Below are positions 11,211-21,438 of a stretch of DNA of 64,000 nt, one piece after another. How positions within the stretch are numbered: position 1 is the stretch's first letter; each line of letters starts with the position of its first letter. The position numbers and the translations under genes were made by a program. This stretch comes from Desulfobacterales bacterium (GTDB lineage: Bacteria; Desulfobacterota; Desulfobacteria; Desulfobacterales; 4572-123): contig CAXXLK010000004.1 of the NCBI GenBank assembly GCA_963667755.2, positions 839,739 to 903,738 on the forward strand, written 5' to 3'. The notes beneath the pieces are model-generated. The model made no database searches. It was not told where the DNA came from and was given only the letters and a program-made list of their open reading frames with translations.

Positions 11211-12098
11211 TCAACCGCCTGTTTCGGACTTTATCTTCAGGCCCTTTTCGTAAATCATTTTTCTGGAAAGGCCATGCTCTGCGGCGATTCGCTTGGATAG
11301 AAGAGAGAGTCGTTCATGGCCATTAATCAAACCGTCACGAAGTTCTTTTTCAAAATCCTGTGATGGCGGATCTTTTTTATCCGGGCACCCCGCCACCAGA
11401 AGCGTGCACTCTCCTCTGACAACCGGTCGCTGGCTTAAGCCACTCAAAATATCGGACAGCCGGCCGCGGATAAATTCTTCATGGAGTTTGGTCATTTCCC
11501 GGCCCAGAACAGCATACCGGTCCCCTGCTATTTCAAGCAGTTCTTTAACCAGCGTCAGGATACGCCGGGGTGATTCATAAAATACGAGTGTTCCTGATGC
11601 AGTGGCAAGCTGTTCCAGTCGACGCCGGCGCTTTGCTTTTTTTTTGGAAACAAAGCCTTCAAAAAGAAAAGTGTCGGTGGCCAGACCGGAGGCACAAAGT
11701 GCGGTAACCGCAGCGGAAGGACCGGGTATGGGAACAATTCGCACATCGTTCTTGATGGCCTCTACCACCAGTCGATATCCGGGGTCGGAGACAGAAGGGG
11801 TGCCCGCGCACGAGACCAGGGCGACCGACATGCCCTCCTTGAGGCGGTGGATCAGGGAAGCGGCTCTTTCCTGTTCGTTATGCTCATGACAGGAAACCAG
11901 GGTGCCTTGTATGCCGTGGTACGCCAGAAACCGGGCAGTATGACGGGTGTCTTCGGCGGCAATAAGGTCCACCTGCCGAAGTGTTTTAAGGGCCCGCAGC
12001 GTAATATCTTCCCGATTACCAATGGGGGTGGCCACGATATAGAGCATGCCCGCTGTTTCTTTGGGGGTTGAATCATGGATAAGCAAGTTCAAAGGCAT
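11211..12098 (-). CDS. rsmI: 16S rRNA cytidine-1402 2'-O-methyltransferase
   Basis: LYIVATPIGN, AAEDTR, GTPSVSDPG, FYESPRR, REMTKLHEE. Confidence 0.95.
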   Translation of the reverse strand: MPLNLLIHDSTPKETAGMLYIVATPIGNREDITLRALKTLRQVDLIAAEDTRHTARFLAYHGIQGTLVSCHEHNEQERAASLIHRLKEGMSVALVSCAGTPSVSDPGYRLVVEAIKNDVRIVPIPGPSAAVTALCASGLATDTFLFEGFVSKKKAKRRRRLEQLATASGTLVFYESPRRILTLVKELLEIAGDRYAVLGREMTKLHEEFIRGRLSDILSGLSQRPVVRGECTLLVAGCPDKKDPPSQDFEKELRDGLINGHERLSLLSKRIAAEHGLSRKMIYEKGLKIKSETGG

Positions 12099-12444
12099 TT
12101 TTTATTATTTCCACTTCCGGTTCCGTGGTATTGAACCTTATGGACACCACATCAAAGCGGGCTTTGGCGGTATTCTGCCCGGTGGTTTTAAGATAAGAGA
12201 GGGCCGCCATGGAGAGCGTCCGTTTCTTTTTAGCGGTAATTGCCCATTTGGGGTTGCCATATCTACCGGATCTCCTTGCCTTGACCTCTACAAAAGCAAT
12301 GGTTTGCCGGTCCCTGGCGATAATATCGATTTCCCCCAACGGGGTTTTATAATTCATTTCCAGAATTTTATACCCTTTTTTTTTAAGCCGGATGACAGCT
12401 AACGCCTCGCTGTCTTTACCAAATTGTTGTTGACTGTTCAGCAT
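12073..12444 (-). CDS. yraN: YraN family (UPF0102) endonuclease-like protein
   Basis: GEIDIIA, FVEVKAR, RFDVV, IKNAF; start taken at ATG 12444. Confidence 0.9.
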   Translation of the reverse strand: MLNSQQQFGKDSEALAVIRLKKKGYKILEMNYKTPLGEIDIIARDRQTIAFVEVKARRSGRYGNPKWAITAKKKRTLSMAALSYLKTTGQNTAKARFDVVSIRFNTTEPEVEIIKNAFELAYP

Positions 12445-12655
12445 ATCAAATGGGGTTTTTATCAAGCTGGATAAAATTATTTTTTAAAATCGGCAAAAAT
12501 GAAACAGCACGATGGGAACGCGCGTACCGGATAAAGGGAAAGCCAGACAGGATAGCAGCCGTTTAAAAACTATTTGACCGATTCTCTGGTCGACAAATCG
12601 CCGGCTGAAATTTTTGACAGGTTCTGAAAAAATCACATGCTAAAAAATATTTTGC

Positions 12656-12677
12656 AGGCTATTTTATAAAATAGCCT
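12656..12677. repeat. Perfect 22-bp palindrome
   Basis: aggctattttataaaatagcct equals its own reverse complement. Confidence 0.8.
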
Positions 12678-12732
12678 CAAGGACACGAATCACCCCGGAC
12701 AGGTCCCGGCAATCCGTGCCCTGATCACATCA

Positions 12733-13083
12733 TCAGCTAAAACGGCGTTCCTTGATCCTGGCGGCCTTGCCTCGCAGTTTGCGCAGATAATAGATCTTGG
12801 CGCGGCGTACCCGGCCCCGGGTAACGACTTCGATTTTATCGATAATGGGTGAATGCAGCGGAAAAATACGTTCAACGCCGACGCCATAGGACACCTTGCG
12901 CACGGTGAAGGTTGCATTTGCCGACCCGGCCTTTTTTTTGCTGATGACAACACCCTGAAAAGCCTGAATTCTTTCCTTTTCACCTTCTTTAATCTTGACA
13001 TGTACTTTAACGGTATCCCCCGGAATAAAAGCGGACAAGTCCAGACGCACGGCCTCTTTTTTCAACTGCTCAATTACTTGCAT
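12733..13083 (-). CDS. rplS: 50S ribosomal protein L19
   Basis: [37 protein letters not shown]. Confidence 0.98.
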   Translation of the reverse strand: MQVIEQLKKEAVRLDLSAFIPGDTVKVHVKIKEGEKERIQAFQGVVISKKKAGSANATFTVRKVSYGVGVERIFPLHSPIIDKIEVVTRGRVRRAKIYYLRKLRGKAARIKERRFS

Positions 13084-13160
13084 AATTTCCCCCTAAAAAA
13101 TTTAAAACCGATTTGCCCGTTTCCCGATCACATTCAAGGTGCCCGGCAAGATCGATTCTT

Positions 13161-13754
13161 TTAATTCAAATTATGGTTACCCATCAGTCGGTCCAATATT
13201 ATGGCGACGGCACACCGAACTGACAGATGGTTATAACCGGTATTTCCCTTTATGGGTTCCAGGATATAATCGGCCTTTTTAATAAACTGCTCTGAAAGGC
13301 CCCAAGCCGTTCCAAATACGAGCAGGTGCGGCGCCCCACTCTGTAAAATCGTCCGAAACCCATCATAGTCGACACTCGGCCGAGTTTCAATATCGCGGGC
13401 ACAGGTCACAACGACTTTCGGAGAACCTGCGCCACTGGCAACAATGTGTTCACTGACCTGGTCCATGGATTCTTTGATATGAATCATTTCAAGGGCCTTG
13501 CGCCGCTTTGGATTATATTTTGATCCAAACCCCTGGGTCCAGTGGCTGACGATTTTTTCCACCAGCCGTTGCTGATCCGTCAGGGGTGTAACAACATAAA
13601 AGGCCTGTGCACCAAAGGTCCGGACAGCCCTCGCGATATCATGCAGATCCAGATTTGTTACGGCCGAGGTAATCATCTCACCGTTCTTGTTCATCACCGG
13701 ATAATGTGTCAGCGCCACATACAGATTGGGCCTGAATAATGTTTTCAATCTCAA
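13161..13754 (-). CDS. SPOUT-class RNA methyltransferase (TrmD-associated); start uncertain
   Basis: HYPVMNK, TNLDLHDIAR, FGTAWGL, YNHLSVR. Confidence 0.85.
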   Translation of the reverse strand: MRLKTLFRPNLYVALTHYPVMNKNGEMITSAVTNLDLHDIARAVRTFGAQAFYVVTPLTDQQRLVEKIVSHWTQGFGSKYNPKRRKALEMIHIKESMDQVSEHIVASGAGSPKVVVTCARDIETRPSVDYDGFRTILQSGAPHLLVFGTAWGLSEQFIKKADYILEPIKGNTGYNHLSVRCAVAIILDRLMGNHNLN

Positions 13755-14475
13755 GACACCATTTTTTTAAAATTTTGATCTCACGACAGCTTAAACATTT
13801 TGTTTTCAACAGATCCGGCCGCTTTAAAAAAGTTCGAATCAATGATGTTTCCAGACGCCAGGTTTCAATGGCTGCATGATTTCCGGATAAAAGCACATCG
13901 GGGACATCCTGGCCCTCAAACTCCCGCGGCCGCGTGAAGTGAGCATGTTCCAAAAGGTCTTGAGAAAAGGAATCTTTTTCAGCAGAATCAATTCCCCCCA
14001 ATATACCCGGAATCAGTCTCGTTACGGCATCGATAAGAATCATGGCCCCCAGTTCGCCGCCGGTAAGCACATAATCGCCAATGGATATTTCATCATCGAT
14101 AAAACCATAACCGATACGTTCATCCACCCCTTCATACCGGCCACATACGAGAATAAGCCCCTCAAGTTCTGCAAACTCACGGGCAATCCCCTGATTAAAG
14201 GGCCGCCCCTGGGGTGTCAGAAGAATCGTTCGGGCCTCCGGATGCCGCTTTCTGGCGGCCCTGATCGATCCGGCCAGGGGTTCGGGCTTCATCACCATCC
14301 CGCAACCACCGCCATAGGGCCGATCATCCGTAACCTTGTGCCGACCTTTGGCAAAATCCCTTACGTTTGAGGCCCGGGCTGAAATCTTGCCTTCTTCCAG
14401 CGCCCTTCTGACAATCCCGTGGTGCCAGAAACCATCAAACATTTCAGGGAAAATCGTCAGAACGTCAAAATTCAT
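13678..14475 (-). CDS. trmD: tRNA (guanine-37-N1)-methyltransferase
   Basis: DDRPYGGG, LTPQG, CGRYEGVDER, SIGDYVLTGGE. Confidence 0.97.
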   Translation of the reverse strand: MNFDVLTIFPEMFDGFWHHGIVRRALEEGKISARASNVRDFAKGRHKVTDDRPYGGGCGMVMKPEPLAGSIRAARKRHPEARTILLTPQGRPFNQGIAREFAELEGLILVCGRYEGVDERIGYGFIDDEISIGDYVLTGGELGAMILIDAVTRLIPGILGGIDSAEKDSFSQDLLEHAHFTRPREFEGQDVPDVLLSGNHAAIETWRLETSLIRTFLKRPDLLKTKCLSCREIKILKKWCLEIENIIQAQSVCGADTLSGDEQER

Positions 14476-14510
14476 CTATATTTTACCACACCAGCCGTAT
14501 CATCATTAAA

Positions 14511-15020
14511 CTACAATCCTTCAGGCAAATCCACCTGCATTGTTCTGTTTTCAAGATCCACGGCTTTCACAACCTTTGTCAGGGCCGGAATCAATGTTTC
14601 CCTGTTGCCCTTCCGAACGACATACACATCATTGCTGCCTGTCTCGATAATCGATTCAATTTTACCGAGCAAACTGCCGTCCACCGAAAAAACACGCAGC
14701 CCCACCAAGTCGAACCAGTAATAGGACCCCTCTTCAAGTTTGGGCAAGGCTGTCTTATCGATCAAAACATGGGCCCCCTTGAAACCCTGGGCCGCTTCAA
14801 GCGTTGAAACCCCCTCCAGTGACAACAGCAGAAATCGTTTGTGAGGCCGCACCCATTTAATGTGCCATGAATTTACGGATCCATCAGGCTGCCGGATAAA
14901 AATCGAGCTGCCGGAACCGAAAAGCGACCAGGATTCGGAATCGGAATAAACCTTCAAAGTGCCTTGTATTCCATGGGTACCCACCACTTTGCCCATGGGA
15001 AGGAAGTCTTCTTTTTCCAT
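14511..15020 (-). CDS. rimM: Ribosome maturation factor RimM
   Basis: GKVVGTHGIQG, YYWFDLVG, TGSNDV. Ends in TAG. Confidence 0.93.
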   Translation of the reverse strand: MEKEDFLPMGKVVGTHGIQGTLKVYSDSESWSLFGSGSSIFIRQPDGSVNSWHIKWVRPHKRFLLLSLEGVSTLEAAQGFKGAHVLIDKTALPKLEEGSYYWFDLVGLRVFSVDGSLLGKIESIIETGSNDVYVVRKGNRETLIPALTKVVKAVDLENRTMQVDLPEGL

Positions 15021-15033
15021 GAAACAGTTCCCG

Positions 15034-15264
15034 TTACTCAATTATTTCCAGAACCGTACGCTTTTTAATTTTTGCTGAAGCCGCGCTCAAAATCGTTCGC
15101 ATGGCCCGGGCCGTACGCCCCTGTTTTCCGATAACCTTGCCCAGATCCTCCTTGGCAACCTTCAGCTCCAGCACTGATGTCTGATTTCCCTCGACCTCCA
15201 TCACCTCTACCACTTCCGGATTATCAACTAATGCTTTGGCAATGTAAGTAATCAGATCTTTCAT
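15034..15264 (-). CDS. khpA: KH-domain RNA-binding protein KhpA
   Basis: [17 protein letters not shown]; lies between rpsP and rimM. Confidence 0.95.
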   Translation of the reverse strand: MKDLITYIAKALVDNPEVVEVMEVEGNQTSVLELKVAKEDLGKVIGKQGRTARAMRTILSAASAKIKKRTVLEIIE

Positions 15265-15424
15265 ATCTTCATCTCCTTTGCAGGTTGTTGAGATTTAGAG
15301 CCCAAGATGTTCTTTGTATCACCATTCCAAACCAGAGAACTCCGATAGTCGGTTGTGCCGGACAAACAATGCGTGAATAAAAAAACAGTCTTTTTCATTC
15401 CGCCATGAACTTATAAAACAGGCG

Positions 15425-15679
15425 TCAGGCCACGTTCGCGAAAACGCCTTCTTTTTTCAAAATATTATTTACGGTATCCGTTGGAATCGCCCCCTGATCC
15501 ATCCAGTGGCGTACCCGTTCCGGCTTCAACATAATTTCCGCAGGATCCGGAACCGGATTGTAGGTGCCGACAATTTCAAGGAATCTGCCGTCCCTCGGAC
15601 AGTCACCATCAGCGACAACAATTCGGTAAAAGGGTCGTTTTTTGGCACCATGCCTGGATAATCTAATTTTTACTCCCAT
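15425..15679 (-). CDS. rpsP: 30S ribosomal protein S16
   Basis: [27 protein letters not shown]. Confidence 0.97.
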   Translation of the reverse strand: MGVKIRLSRHGAKKRPFYRIVVADGDCPRDGRFLEIVGTYNPVPDPAEIMLKPERVRHWMDQGAIPTDTVNNILKKEGVFANVA

Positions 15680-15691
15680 AAAATCTCTCCT

Positions 15692-17023
15692 TCAAAACGG
15701 CAGCATGCCCCGGCCCATTCCGCGCATACCACCCTGGTTAATTTTTTTCATCATTTTAAGAACTTGGGTATAATTTTTCAGCAAACGATTCACATCCTGA
15801 ATGCTGGTTCCACTGCCTTTGGCAATCCGTTTACGGCGACTGCCGTTTATAATGCTGTGCTTTTGTCTTTCTTTTTTTGTCATGGAATTGATAACGGCCT
15901 CGGTCCTTATCAATTCCTGATCATCCACTTTAAGATTTTTAAGCTGCTTGTTTTTGCCCATACCCGGTATCATGCCCATCAAATCGGACAATGATCCCAT
16001 TTTGCGTATCTGGACCATCTGATCCCGAAAATCTTCCAGGGTAAACTGGCTCTTTCGCAGCTTTTTTTCAAGCTCCGCCGCCTTTTTTTCATCCATCATG
16101 TCCTGGGCTTTTTCAATCATGGTTAAAACATCACCCATGCCCAGAATTCTTGATGCCATTCGCTCGGGGTGAAACGGCTCAAGTGCACTCAGTTTTTCAC
16201 CCACTCCGATAAACTTTATAGGCTTATCCGTAATGGATTTTATGGAAAGGGCCGCCCCACCGCGAGCATCACCATCCATTTTGGTCAAAACGATACCACC
16301 GATATCAAGGATATCGTTAAACGATTTAGCAATATTGACCGCGTCCTGACCGGTCATGGCATCCGCTACCAGCAAAATATCAGATGGCTTGACCCGGTCT
16401 TTTATTCGACTCAGTTCCGCCATCAACGCTTCATCCACATGCAGCCGTCCGGCCGTATCCAGCAACAGCGTATCACACCCTTGAAGTTGGGCCGCCGTCC
16501 TGGCCTGCTGGCAGATATCAACCGGATCCATGTCCGTAGACGAATCAAACACCGGCACATCCAGTTGCTGCCCCAGTTTCTTCAGCTGGTCAATAGCCGC
16601 CGGCCGATAGACATCCGCCGGTACCAGATATGGCTTTTTTCCATTTTTCCGTAAAAACGTCGCCAGCTTGCCAGCCGTCGTTGTCTTGCCTGATCCCTGA
16701 AGCCCCACCAGCATAACAGACACCGGATGGGTCCCTGCCAGACAAAGGTCCTCATGCTGGCCGCCCATCAATTCAATGAGCTCCTCGTTGACAATTTTGA
16801 TAACCTGCTGACCCGGCGTCAGGCTTGCCAGAACTTCCTGTCCCATGGCCCGTTGCCGGATATCCGCAACCAGGTTTTTAACAACCTTATAGTGGACATC
16901 GGCTTCCAGCAGGGCCATGCGCACAGCACGCAGGCCTTCATCAATATTTTTTTCGCTCAGCTTGCCGTGCCCTTTGAGCTTCCGGAATACGGCATCGAGC
17001 TTTTCACTCAGGCTATCAAACAT
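15692..17023 (-). CDS. ffh: Signal recognition particle protein
   Basis: GLQGSGKTT, DVYRPAA, DTAGR, TKMDGDARGG, Met-rich M domain. Confidence 0.98.
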   Translation of the reverse strand: MFDSLSEKLDAVFRKLKGHGKLSEKNIDEGLRAVRMALLEADVHYKVVKNLVADIRQRAMGQEVLASLTPGQQVIKIVNEELIELMGGQHEDLCLAGTHPVSVMLVGLQGSGKTTTAGKLATFLRKNGKKPYLVPADVYRPAAIDQLKKLGQQLDVPVFDSSTDMDPVDICQQARTAAQLQGCDTLLLDTAGRLHVDEALMAELSRIKDRVKPSDILLVADAMTGQDAVNIAKSFNDILDIGGIVLTKMDGDARGGAALSIKSITDKPIKFIGVGEKLSALEPFHPERMASRILGMGDVLTMIEKAQDMMDEKKAAELEKKLRKSQFTLEDFRDQMVQIRKMGSLSDLMGMIPGMGKNKQLKNLKVDDQELIRTEAVINSMTKKERQKHSIINGSRRKRIAKGSGTSIQDVNRLLKNYTQVLKMMKKINQGGMRGMGRGMLPF

Positions 17024-17166
17024 AAATTTATAATCAATTGTACGAGTTAAACCTTGAAATTATAATTTGGATAATGTTATGTCAAGAAAAATAATCAATT
17101 TTAAAAAAGCAACGGCTGTTTAAGACCCGTAGCCCATCAAAAAAACACATTTTTCTAAAAAAAGAG

Positions 17167-18237
17167 ATGCATTTGCCCATAATTAAAAAAAATATCAAAG
17201 AATTTACAAAAGGTCAACTTATCGAATGGCTCACCGACCATTCCATCCGCTCTTTTCGGGCCAATCAAATTTTAAGATGGATTTATGCCCGCCAGGCTGA
17301 CACCTTCACTGCAATGACGGATCTTAGAAAAGAGACCCAAGCGCTTCTGGCCCGTCATTTCACCATCGACCGCCTGGGCATTCAGTGTGTGGAAACATCC
17401 CGGGACGGTTCCATAAAATATCTTTTCAGGCTCAAGGACGGTCACCATATCGAAACCGTGTTGATCCCGGAAAAGGGGCATGCCACCTTATGCATATCCA
17501 GCCAGGTCGGTTGCGCCCAGGGCTGCCAGTTCTGTCTCACGGCCCGCAACGGTTTTACCCGAAATCTCACGGCGGATGAAATCATTTCCCAGGTTCGCGA
17601 TGTAAAAAACGCCATGGTCAATCCCGGCGACCTGACCAATATCGTTGTCATGGGCATGGGGGAACCCCTGGCCAACTATGACAACCTGATCCGGGCCATG
17701 ACCGTTATCCTCGACGGAGAGTGCGGGCTGAAGTTTGCAAAACGCAAGGTCACCGTCTCCACTGCCGGCGTTGTCCCCAGGCTGGCCGATCTGGGACGCG
17801 ACCTTTCCGTTAACCTTGCCATATCGTTGAATGCCACCGACAACAGGACCCGCGACGACCTGATGCCCATTAATCGACGCTACCCCCTTGAAACCCTGCT
17901 GGACGCCTGCCGGAAATTTAATCTGCAGCCGCATCGCCGCATTACTTTTGAATATATCCTGATAAACGGCATCAACGATTCTAAAGCCGACGCCCGGCGC
18001 CTGGCGGTACTGTTGCAGCCCATCAGGGCAAAAATCAATCTGATACCGTTTAACGAACACCGGGGCAGTGACTTCAAATGTCCCACAGAAGCCGTCATCG
18101 AGGACTTCCAGCAAATCCTCATCGACCAGAATTATACGGTTATGATTCGCCGCAGCAAAGGGCAGGACATCTCCGCAGCCTGCGGCCAGCTGGCGGCCAA
18201 ATGCGATACAGGGGCCGTCAAATCATCAAATGCCTGA
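17167..18237 (+). CDS. rlmN: Dual-specificity RNA methyltransferase RlmN (radical SAM)
   Basis: CISSQVGCAQGCQFC, MGMGEP, AACGQL. Confidence 0.95.
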   Translation: MHLPIIKKNIKEFTKGQLIEWLTDHSIRSFRANQILRWIYARQADTFTAMTDLRKETQALLARHFTIDRLGIQCVETSRDGSIKYLFRLKDGHHIETVLIPEKGHATLCISSQVGCAQGCQFCLTARNGFTRNLTADEIISQVRDVKNAMVNPGDLTNIVVMGMGEPLANYDNLIRAMTVILDGECGLKFAKRKVTVSTAGVVPRLADLGRDLSVNLAISLNATDNRTRDDLMPINRRYPLETLLDACRKFNLQPHRRITFEYILINGINDSKADARRLAVLLQPIRAKINLIPFNEHRGSDFKCPTEAVIEDFQQILIDQNYTVMIRRSKGQDISAACGQLAAKCDTGAVKSSNA

Positions 18238-19216
18238 CGTCCGAAGGGGCCAGTCCGATGACCATGATACTGTTTTGGCCCCGGGGGGTTTCTATCTGGA
18301 CATTGACCGGGGTCAACCCCGGCGCCTTACTGTATCCCACGCAAATGGCGCCGGCCAGGGTAAGAATATCGGCATCACCACCGTGGGGCATCAGCACCGT
18401 GGGGCCGGGAAATTGAGTGACCTTGATAATCGTATCTTTTTCAGGGGCCTGACAGGTTAATATATGGTCATTATCCTGCATTGTTCGACCGACAACGATT
18501 TTGGTCGTTTTGTTCAAGCGAAAATGTCGTCCGTACTTGAGCAGCTCAAGTTCTTTTTCCGTGCAGGTTTCCTGGTGGGCAAAAAGATCTTTCAGCCGGG
18601 TCGTATACCCCTTGTCGGTGAGCAGGCAACCGCCCCCCGGTGCCGGGTAGCTTTTCAACCCGAAATCCTTAGCCAGTTGAATTTGTCGTTTGCGTGACCG
18701 GCCCGTTATATCCAGCAGCCTTTCACGATCGATCAGCCCCTGTTTTTCAGGCAGCGTCGGGTCGAGTCGCCTGGCACTCAAAGGGCGCACAATATAACCG
18801 TCAAACAGGGAATTTTTTTCCACATACCGCAGGGAGGGTCGGGTCTGGGACATGGGCCGCTGGCCCAGGACTTCACCACTGAAAAGAAAATCAAAACCGC
18901 GGGCCTGCATCATCTCTCCGGCCAGTCGAAACATCAGGGCATGGCAGTCCAGGCAGGGATTCATATGCTGACCGTAGCCACAGCGCGGATTTTTCAACAT
19001 AGGCAGATAGGTTTCGGTTATGGCTTGAACCGTCAACGGAATGCCGGTCATCCTGGCGGCCTTGCGGGACTTGTCCGCAGAAAAAAACGGTGTTTCAAAG
19101 GTAACCCATTCCACCTCAATGCCCTGTTGCTGAAGCACCAGGGCAGACAGGATACTGTCCAGACCGCCGGAGCAAAGGCCGAGCCCACGAACTTTTTTTC
19201 GATTTGCGTCTGTCAT
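18218..19216 (-). CDS. PP-loop tRNA thiolation-like protein (ThiI/MnmA-like, DUF814-type)
   Basis: SGGLDS PP-loop, NPCLDC, GEVLGQRPMSQ, PGGGCLLT, GRHFR. Confidence 0.8.
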   Translation of the reverse strand: MTDANRKKVRGLGLCSGGLDSILSALVLQQQGIEVEWVTFETPFFSADKSRKAARMTGIPLTVQAITETYLPMLKNPRCGYGQHMNPCLDCHALMFRLAGEMMQARGFDFLFSGEVLGQRPMSQTRPSLRYVEKNSLFDGYIVRPLSARRLDPTLPEKQGLIDRERLLDITGRSRKRQIQLAKDFGLKSYPAPGGGCLLTDKGYTTRLKDLFAHQETCTEKELELLKYGRHFRLNKTTKIVVGRTMQDNDHILTCQAPEKDTIIKVTQFPGPTVLMPHGGDADILTLAGAICVGYSKAPGLTPVNVQIETPRGQNSIMVIGLAPSDVRHLMI

Positions 19217-19297
19217 TTTTTTAAAACCAACAAATCATTTCTGTTGCATATTGTTTTTTATTTTTACAATCCCTTGCAACCGGAGAAAGGAACCGAT

Positions 19298-19933
19298 TTG
19301 GACCACCAGAACCGCACAGATCAAATTTGCAGGCTATTAAAAACCACTTACCCGAAAATCAAGACCCAGCTCCATCACAAAAACCCGTTTGAATTGCTCA
19401 TCGCCACAATTTTATCAGCCCAATGCACTGACCGGCAGGTCAACGGGGTAACCGGGCAGCTGTTCACCGCATTTCCCACCCCTTCAAAGCTCGCAGCGGC
19501 TTCCCTGAAATCGATTGAAGCGATAATCCATTCCACCGGGTTTTATCATAACAAGGCCAGACACATCAAAAACTGCGCCAGGGCCCTGGTGGACCACCAT
19601 AAGGCTGTGGTCCCCTGCACACTACCGGAACTGATCCGATTGCCCGGTGTGGGGCGCAAGACAGCCAATGTAGTATTGGGCGCTGCCTTTGGTATCCCCG
19701 GAATTGTGGTGGATACCCATGTGGCCCGCATATCCCACCGACTGGGTCTGACCCAAAATCGAAATCCGGAAAAAATAGAGTTTGACCTCATGAAAATCAT
19801 TCCTGAAAAAGAGTGGAACGATTTCGGACTACGCCTGATTTATTTCGGCAGAGAATTTTGCCGCGCAAAAAAGCCTGTTTGCCCAGCCTGCCCCCTGGCG
19901 ACAATATGTCCCTTTCCGGAAAAGGTCTCCTGA
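19298..19933 (+). CDS. nth: Endonuclease III
   Basis: LLIATILSAQCTD, LPGVGRKTANVV, VDTHV, C-x6-C-x2-C-x5-C; TTG start after aaagga. Confidence 0.93.
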   Translation: MDHQNRTDQICRLLKTTYPKIKTQLHHKNPFELLIATILSAQCTDRQVNGVTGQLFTAFPTPSKLAAASLKSIEAIIHSTGFYHNKARHIKNCARALVDHHKAVVPCTLPELIRLPGVGRKTANVVLGAAFGIPGIVVDTHVARISHRLGLTQNRNPEKIEFDLMKIIPEKEWNDFGLRLIYFGREFCRAKKPVCPACPLATICPFPEKVS

Positions 19934-20002
19934 GGTCTTACTTCCTTAATGTTGTTTGAAGATAATTTATATTTCCCCGAACCGGGGAAAAAATCAGGCC
20001 CC

Positions 20003-20209
20003 TCACCCGCGAGAAGGGGAGCATGGGGGCGGCTTGAACCCACCTGATCCGCTGGGGATGCCGTGGGCCCGAAAGTTTCCGGCGGACATCAGTTTTTCCA
20101 CATTGGCAGACCGGCACCCGGGACATGTCGGCGCATTTTTATCCGAGGATAAAAACAGCTCTTCAAATTCCCGGCCGCACTCCTTGCAAACAAATTCAAA
20201 TATCGGCAT
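20003..20209 (-). CDS. FmdB-family zinc-ribbon protein
   Basis: MPIFEFVCKECG...CPGC...KLMS; RBS aaggag. Confidence 0.88.
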   Translation of the reverse strand: MPIFEFVCKECGREFEELFLSSDKNAPTCPGCRSANVEKLMSAGNFRAHGIPSGSGGFKPPPCSPSRG

Positions 20210-20484
20210 CGTTATCTCCCTTAACTGAATACAAAAGCCGCCTTTCCGGGCAGCTTCTATCTTTATCGGTTCCCTTCATCATCCACATCCAACAATTTAA
20301 ATACAAGATAGCATTCGTCAAGTTTCATCAGGCAATTCTTTTTTATCGGGATCAGGCGCAGCCCGGTGTGCAGTTGTTTTTGGACGCTTCAGGATATTGA
20401 TAATAAGACTGCCTTCCGCCATAAACCCCAAAAAGCCCGGATGGTTCCGAGCCTTTAAAAGGATTGCAATAAACTGTGCAGATG

Positions 20485-21438
20485 TTAAACGGCAACACCG
20501 TAGGCCTCGCGCATGAACGCCATATTCTTTAGCGCATTTTCATATTTCTCCTGACCATATTTATAGTAATCAAAAGTAATTTTGGAAAACTTCAATTGAA
20601 TCAGACTCCATAAAAACCAGTAGATATCCGGAAACGGTTTAAAAAGGTCGATTAAAAAGAGGATTCGATCAACATCTTCTCCGTTGCAATAGGCCCTCAC
20701 GATCTGCTCTTCCACCGCCCTGGAGACCAGAATCTCCTGAAACATATCCGCGATATCATAGTATTTCGGTGCCATGCCGCCATACTCCCAATCAATGATG
20801 TACATGGGCGCATCATATTTATGTACCGCATCCTCTTTGATAAGGAGAAAGTTGTCTGCCAGCAGATCATTGTGACAGGCGGTATAGTCGGATTCGGGGA
20901 TATTGATGATACCCCATAGCTTGATGAGCCGGTCGATGGTACCGGTAATATCAAATTCAGGATACGCCACATTGAGCTTTTTTTGGATGGCAGACATTTT
21001 CATCACTTCCTGAAGGGGATTGAAAACCCGTTTTAATATGACACCGCTGGTATGAATTTTTCGAATCGGCGTAACGATTTTTTCGTGGAGTGACCGGTCT
21101 GTAAAGTGGTCATTGCTTAAAACAATGACGTCATCGATGAATTCAACAATGGTAACCCCCTGATCAGGCAAAAACTTGATAAGTTTTGACGATACACCGA
21201 TTTCAAACATTTTCTGCAGGGTTTCGGCTTCGTGCTCGCGGTTAATGAAAAGATCTGTCTTGTCCCCATAGATCCGAACCGTGTAATCCCCTTTTTCAGA
21301 TCGTATCCGGTAGAGCTTGTTGGTGATACCGCCGCTCAACTGGGAGATATCAATATCAAGCCCTTTCCACTCGGGCAACAATTCATGGCAGATCGCCTGG
21401 GTGAATTCTTTTTCCAATAGGCTGTTGGCTGATGTCAT
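20485..21438 (-). CDS. Choline/ethanolamine kinase family phosphotransferase
   Basis: LSGGITN, INREHE, Brenner motif CHNDLLADN, IDWEYG, YDIA; ATG 21438 after aaggag. Confidence 0.88.
   Translation of the reverse strand: MTSANSLLEKEFTQAICHELLPEWKGLDIDISQLSGGITNKLYRIRSEKGDYTVRIYGDKTDLFINREHEAETLQKMFEIGVSSKLIKFLPDQGVTIVEFIDDVIVLSNDHFTDRSLHEKIVTPIRKIHTSGVILKRVFNPLQEVMKMSAIQKKLNVAYPEFDITGTIDRLIKLWGIINIPESDYTACHNDLLADNFLLIKEDAVHKYDAPMYIIDWEYGGMAPKYYDIADMFQEILVSRAVEEQIVRAYCNGEDVDRILFLIDLFKPFPDIYWFLWSLIQLKFSKITFDYYKYGQEKYENALKNMAFMREAYGVAV

Noticed and set aside
15270-15330. Second CTCTAAA (minus strand) between rpsP and khpA
   Set aside because: Only weak G-U pairing and no acceptor or T arm; no pylT was found in the window
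18941-19297. N-terminal extension of nth in the ORF track
   Set aside because: Overlaps the divergent gene; a TTG start with RBS at 19298 gives a normal-sized Nth
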